NCBI GenBank assembly: GCA_020137815.1
Contig: CM035357.1
Coordinates: 3,224,001-3,288,000, forward strand
DNA from: Hormiphora californensis
Taxonomy: Eukaryota > Animalia > Ctenophora
Length of the DNA: 64,000 nucleotides
Direction of reading: 5' to 3'
Part shown: piece after piece, positions 59,223 through 64,000 of the stretch
How positions within the stretch are numbered: the stretch's first letter is position 1
Layout of the letters: each line of letters begins with the position of its first letter
Translations under genes and position numbers: made by a program
The notes under the pieces: generated by a model
What the model saw: only the letters and a program-made list of their open reading frames with translations
The model's database searches: none
What the model was told of the DNA's origin: nothing

Positions 59223-60228
59223 GGGGGGGGGGGGCCAACGAATTTTTTATATATTTCCTTAATTTTGGAATTTTTTATATATATATAAAAATATATAAAA
59301 ATATATAAAAATATATAAAAATATATAAAGTTATATAAATAATATATAAAAATATATAAAAATATATAAAAATATATAAAATAAACCCTTTTTTCACCCC
59401 TTTTACTTTCAAAAAAGGGGATTATTTCCATCTATTGTTCACTTGAATATGTTTCATAGTGTTAATTTAAGTGTTTGAGAGGGTGATAGCTGTTTTACAT
59501 AATTGAGAATGTGTTCAAAAGTGAATTATGCACTGTCAAAAGTAGAACTGGTGAAGAGAGGTTCCGGCCTAATAATATCTACCAGTTTTGGTGTGATTTC
59601 AATCATTTTTTGTATGTTGATCCGTGCAGATGTACTAGAACTGGTGAAGAGAGGTTGGGATCGCGAAACTAAAAAAACAAATCATTTTTGACGTCATTTT
59701 GACGTCATGACGTTATTGACGCGACGTCACGATGTTACAAACGTCACATTGATGACGGAAAATCATCAGGATTATCTAGATGAAGATGCTGACCAAGTTT
59801 GAGATCAATTGAATGATATTTGATCCCGCTATGGCGAAAAACAGCTTTCTGTTTTCACACTTTCGGCACAATTTTTTATATATTTTTATATATTTTTTAT
59901 ATATTTTTATATATTTTTATATATTCATATGTATTTTTATATATTTTTATATATTTTATATACAGTCGGACCCCGATTTAACGGCACCCTCGGGGGAAAG
60001 GATTTTGTCCGTTAAATCGGGGTGTCCGCTAAATCGGGGTCAAATAATGTTAATTTCCCATATCGGGGGAAGATTATGCTGCCGTTAAATCGGGGTGCCG
60101 CTAAATCGGGGGCCGTTAAATCGGGGTCCGACTGTATATATAAAAAATTATGTTTTTTTTTTCAAAAAAAAGGTATATAAAATATATAAAAATATATAAA
60201 AAATGAGCGTTGGCCCCCCCCCCCCCCC
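59223..60228. mobile_element. Poly-G/poly-C MITE with ATATATAAAA subrepeats, carrying a nested CAGTCGGACCCC MITE (59963-60134)
   Basis: TIR g(n)ccaacg / cgttggc(n); 8-bp TSD tatattgt. The nested copy has TA flanks. Confidence 0.88.
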
Positions 60229-60298
60229 TATATTGTACTCGATATATTTTAGTTTTACCGAAAAGAGAAAGAGAGTTTTGATTTTACGAAGTTACCTA

Positions 60299-60520
60299 AA
60301 GTCGGATTTTTTGAAACTGTCACCCCCCTGATATAACAAAATTTGCCATATCTCCGGTTCCTGATAAGATAGAGACTTGAAATTTGGAGGTTCGGAAGAA
60401 CTTAGCAAGATCTTCGTAACCTCCAAATTTCAAGTCTCTATCTTGTCAGGAACCGGATTTATGTTCATTTACGAAATTTGAAAATACCCAGGGGGGTGAC
60501 AGTTTCAAAAAATCCGACTT
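60299..60520. mobile_element. Palindromic MITE
   Basis: aagtcggattttttgaaactgtcacccccc...ggggggtgacagtttcaaaaaatccgactt with TA flanks; the interior is also self-complementary. Confidence 0.8.
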
Positions 60521-61061
60521 TACTGCAAGTGGCGCTCAGCTCGCCTGTCCTTTAGAATATCATAATTCCTAGCGACTCCTGTGTCATGTGTGATGCCCTC
60601 TCGCGAAAGAATTGTGTCATTCCTTGTATTGAAAAGTGGGACATAAGTTTCAAGTACCCCTGCCGCGAACGCCACACGCGTTTCTTGTAGGATGTTTACT
60701 CGGCCGCGCGAAGAATTGGAGGGCGGTAAACCCAGATCTGGTGCGCGCGAAATCGAGAGGCAATCCTCCGCTGGCAAGCGCAAAGGTTATCATATTTGCT
60801 CGAAAATTATGCCGATAGGCCCGATGAAAACATTTAAAATGCCAGTTTGGATGTTAAGCGTATTTATGGGTTGCACAGTTGACGAGATCAGGGTCAAGTT
60901 TAGAAACTGAGAGAGAACGTGCAGTCACGCGCAAAATTAAACTAGAATCCATGCCGTGCGTGCGCGTGCACCTTTTTTGCTTGGAGAAAATCCCAGCTCG
61001 AATCTGCTGACACAACTTTTCGAAACGTTTTTTCCATCCAAACGCCCCATCCTACCTGAAG

Positions 61062-61455
61062 GTGCCCATCTCCAACCTGTATAAACAGCACCAAAACCAA
61101 AAGAAGCTGGCCTATATGCGAAGGGTACAAGAAGTGGAGCAGGGTTCCTTCACGCCCCTTGTATTCTCCACATCGGGAGGTTTTGCGGTAGAGGTTGGGA
61201 AGGTGTTGGAAAAAGCGGCCAGGAGGATTTGCGACAAGCACAAGGAGAGTTACGCTGAAACCATGTCCTTCATCCGAGAAAAGACACGATTCAGTTTGTT
61301 AAGATCAACTCTTGTTGCGCTTCGGGGAACCAAGAGAAGGGTTGTCCCAGTCAGTGTGGAAGATGTAGACTTTCGAGACAAGTGAGCAGAGAGAGGGAGT
61401 ATGAGAGTATGACGGTGTGTGGGTAATTTATTATAATTTATTCTGGCTTTTTTTT
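61062..61455 (+). mobile_element. 3' fragment of a CRE-like (restriction-like endonuclease) non-LTR retrotransposon
   Basis: HQNQKKLAYMRRVQEVEQGSFTPLVFSTSGGF...RFSLLRSTLVALRGTK resembles the C-terminus of this clade as recalled; a short 3' tail follows. Confidence 0.7.
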
Positions 61456-62008
61456 TAACTTTTCGAAACGCACAAATTTTACGAAAAAAAAATCTGAAAG
61501 TTTCTAAAATTTCCGGAGGGGTAGGCAGTTCCTGTCCCCTCTCACGGGAGTTTCAACCCCTGACCCTGGCTGTCGCCCCAGGCCCCGGACGCACAGGGTT
61601 ACGCTGGTCCCTGCTCCGTCCCTGAAAAATTCCTGGTCACCGATCGGGCGGCCTAAAATGAACACGAAGGAGTAATAACTGACCCATAACATCGATCAGA
61701 TAATGCGATTTTTGGATTAATACTGAACTCTAGTCTGTCTTGTTAATGTTCTGAACTTTTGGCTAGGTTTCGGTGCAGAGCCGGCGGCCATTCAAGTTCG
61801 AACTTCGACACGCTTTCAAGTTTAAACTACAGTGGAATAGTTTTTCATTATTGTTTAAAGTATAGGATGATACACGAACCAGTAGAGCAAATTATGTAGT
61901 GTGGAAATTATCACCTTCCATGTTTTTGTTGATATCAGATTGTTGACATCAGATTGTTAAAACAAACTCCCCCTTTTTAAACAGGTTTGCTATGTCTGGA
62001 CTTGATTG

Positions 62009-63901
62009 ATGCTATACAAAGTTGCCTGTTCAGCGATCAAATCACATCATATTCATCGTTATACCTCTCTCACTCTCTCCTCTGTGAATGTGTCAACTAC
62101 CGCCAGAATGAGAAACGATCAAAACTCCGCTGCTGCAATTATTAAACCTGAGCCCAAGAAACGGTCTCTAAAGCGGTTACTGTCCCTGCTTCTTCCTGAA
62201 AAGGCCAGCTGTATCGCTGCTGTTGGGCTGCTTGGTGTCAGCACTGGTGTAACGCTCTCTGTTCCCTTGTGTGTTCAGAAAACGGTGGATGCCATTTTCA
62301 AAACCGAAGAAACAAGTGGTATATTTCAAGGGGTGCCATTTGAGAATGTCTGTCTCATGTTCGCTGGGTTGTTTGCTGTTGGTGCGGTAGCTAATGCCGG
62401 ACGGATCTGGTTTATTCAGTCAGCCAGTTGTAGGGTTGTGAAGGACCTCCGTCTAGACGTCTACAGCTCCCTTCTTCACCACGACATGACGTATTTCGAT
62501 GCAACATCTTCTGGAGAACTGGTTAACCGACTCAGTGCAGACTGCCAACTCGTCGGAGATGTCCTAACCCAAAATGTCAGCGATGTTCTCCGATCCTTTG
62601 GGCAATCGTTTGTTTCTATCGGACTGATGATTTACGTGGCTCCAGATCTGGCATTAAGAGCGGCCGCCATTGTCCCCTCAATCATGATCGTTGCCCTCTG
62701 TGCGGGCAAGTTCGTCCGGAAAATCTCCAAATCTCTCCAGGATAACCTTGCTGCTGCGACTTCTCGAGCCGAGGAAGGATTTTCTGGAATCAAAGTCGTG
62801 AAGGCGTTCGGTGCTGTTGACCAGGAGATAAGGTCCTACGAGGGGCGCTTGGGGAATATCCTAAGTCTGGGCTACAAATCAGCTGCTGTTAACTCCGTGT
62901 ACTGGTCATTTCTGGGTGGATCAGGAAACATGGCACTCCTAATTGTGCTGTATAGTGGGTACAAACTAAGCATGACGGGTGCCATATCACCTGGTACCCT
63001 CACTGCGTTCCTACTCTATACTGTGTACAGTGGAATTGGGGTAGCAGGCCTGGGAAAGGCATACGGTTCACTCATGTCCGGGGCGGGTGCGGCTGATAGA
63101 TTGTTTGAGATTGTCGATAGACAGGTCCATAAGCAGGCATCGCTACCAACAATCCCTGTAGAGAATTTCAGGGGTGATATTACTTTTAGTGACGTTGTAT
63201 TTCGTTACCCATCCCGACAAGAGGAGTTGATTTTGAACGGGTTTTCAGAAGTTTTAGACAGACAGAAAACTACAGCTGTTGTGGGTAGCAGCGGTAGTGG
63301 AAAATCAACAATTTCCTGGCTTGTAACCGCTCTTTATAACGCTGAGAATGGAACCATTAAAATTGGTGATTACAACATCAGAGATATCCCTGCGAATCAG
63401 CTAGCCGGTAGAGTTTCTATTGTCCCACAGGAACCACCTCTGTTTACTGGGAGTATCTATGATAACATTGTGTTTGGATTAGACACGTACACTGATGAGC
63501 AAGTCCAACGAGCTGCCTCAATTGCTGATGTCCTCTCCTTTACTGACAATTTCCCGGATGGTCTGGGGACTGAGGTTGGTGCCAAGGGTAAAGCTCTCTC
63601 AGGGGGTCAGAAGCAACGGATAGCAATTGCACGTGCAATCGTTAGAAATCCAGACATTTTGATATTAGATGAAGCTACAAGTGCCCTTGATACGGCTACT
63701 GAGAGCAAAGTTATGGACGGTATTGGAAGTCACGTGAACTGTACCACAATTATAATAGCCCACAGATTATCAACCATTTTGAAGGCTGATAAAATTGTAG
63801 TTCTGCACAAGGGCAAGGTGAGGGAGGTTGGGGATTATGAGACCCTTGTTGCGTCCGGGGGCATGTTTAGTGATCTGGTAAAACTACAGGAAAGTGCCTA
63901 A
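62009..63901 (+). CDS. ABCB10: Mitochondrial ABCB half-transporter, ABCB10/MDL1-like, intronless
   Basis: Basic N-terminal presequence-like region, TM domain (FAVGAVANAGR, GELVNRLSAD), Walker A GSSGSGKST, signature LSGGQKQRIAIAR, Walker B ILILDEATSALD, IIAHRLSTI. Confidence 0.88.
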   Translation: MLYKVACSAIKSHHIHRYTSLTLSSVNVSTTARMRNDQNSAAAIIKPEPKKRSLKRLLSLLLPEKASCIAAVGLLGVSTGVTLSVPLCVQKTVDAIFKTEETSGIFQGVPFENVCLMFAGLFAVGAVANAGRIWFIQSASCRVVKDLRLDVYSSLLHHDMTYFDATSSGELVNRLSADCQLVGDVLTQNVSDVLRSFGQSFVSIGLMIYVAPDLALRAAAIVPSIMIVALCAGKFVRKISKSLQDNLAAATSRAEEGFSGIKVVKAFGAVDQEIRSYEGRLGNILSLGYKSAAVNSVYWSFLGGSGNMALLIVLYSGYKLSMTGAISPGTLTAFLLYTVYSGIGVAGLGKAYGSLMSGAGAADRLFEIVDRQVHKQASLPTIPVENFRGDITFSDVVFRYPSRQEELILNGFSEVLDRQKTTAVVGSSGSGKSTISWLVTALYNAENGTIKIGDYNIRDIPANQLAGRVSIVPQEPPLFTGSIYDNIVFGLDTYTDEQVQRAASIADVLSFTDNFPDGLGTEVGAKGKALSGGQKQRIAIARAIVRNPDILILDEATSALDTATESKVMDGIGSHVNCTTIIIAHRLSTILKADKIVVLHKGKVREVGDYETLVASGGMFSDLVKLQESA

Positions 63902-64000
63902 TATAAAAAGTGTGTTTGATACTTTGATGTGTTTTGGTTTATTTTTTCGAGAAAAATATAGGTTGATATATAAAAATCATGATGTACGTGATGACGAATT

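Overview
Eukaryotic (animal) genomic DNA, not prokaryotic. It has GT-AG introns, long (CT)n tracts and dense MITEs. The gene and repeat style suggests a ctenophore such as Pleurobrachia, which is an inference. The left end is a compact cluster of intronless genes (PPP5C, PTPA and ZNF830 on minus; CTDP1/FCP1 on plus), each with a splice acceptor just upstream of its start codon, as expected for SL trans-splicing or an operon. The middle holds a repeat-rich ~17 kb region, a 10-exon coiled-coil/BEN-domain gene, a partial BTF3 with a ~2.9 kb tandem duplication, and a ~5 kb foldback element built from a 32-bp satellite. The right end holds a 16-exon SUZ12 and an intronless ABCB10-like transporter. 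Top finding: this SUZ12 carries an in-frame two-exon cassette encoding a CENP-B/pogo-Tigger/pipsqueak-like helix-turn-helix inserted in its C2 domain, so a PRC2 core subunit may have its own transposase-like DNA-binding domain. Scattered single-base frameshifts suggest an error-prone assembly. All homology calls come from recalled motifs, not database searches.
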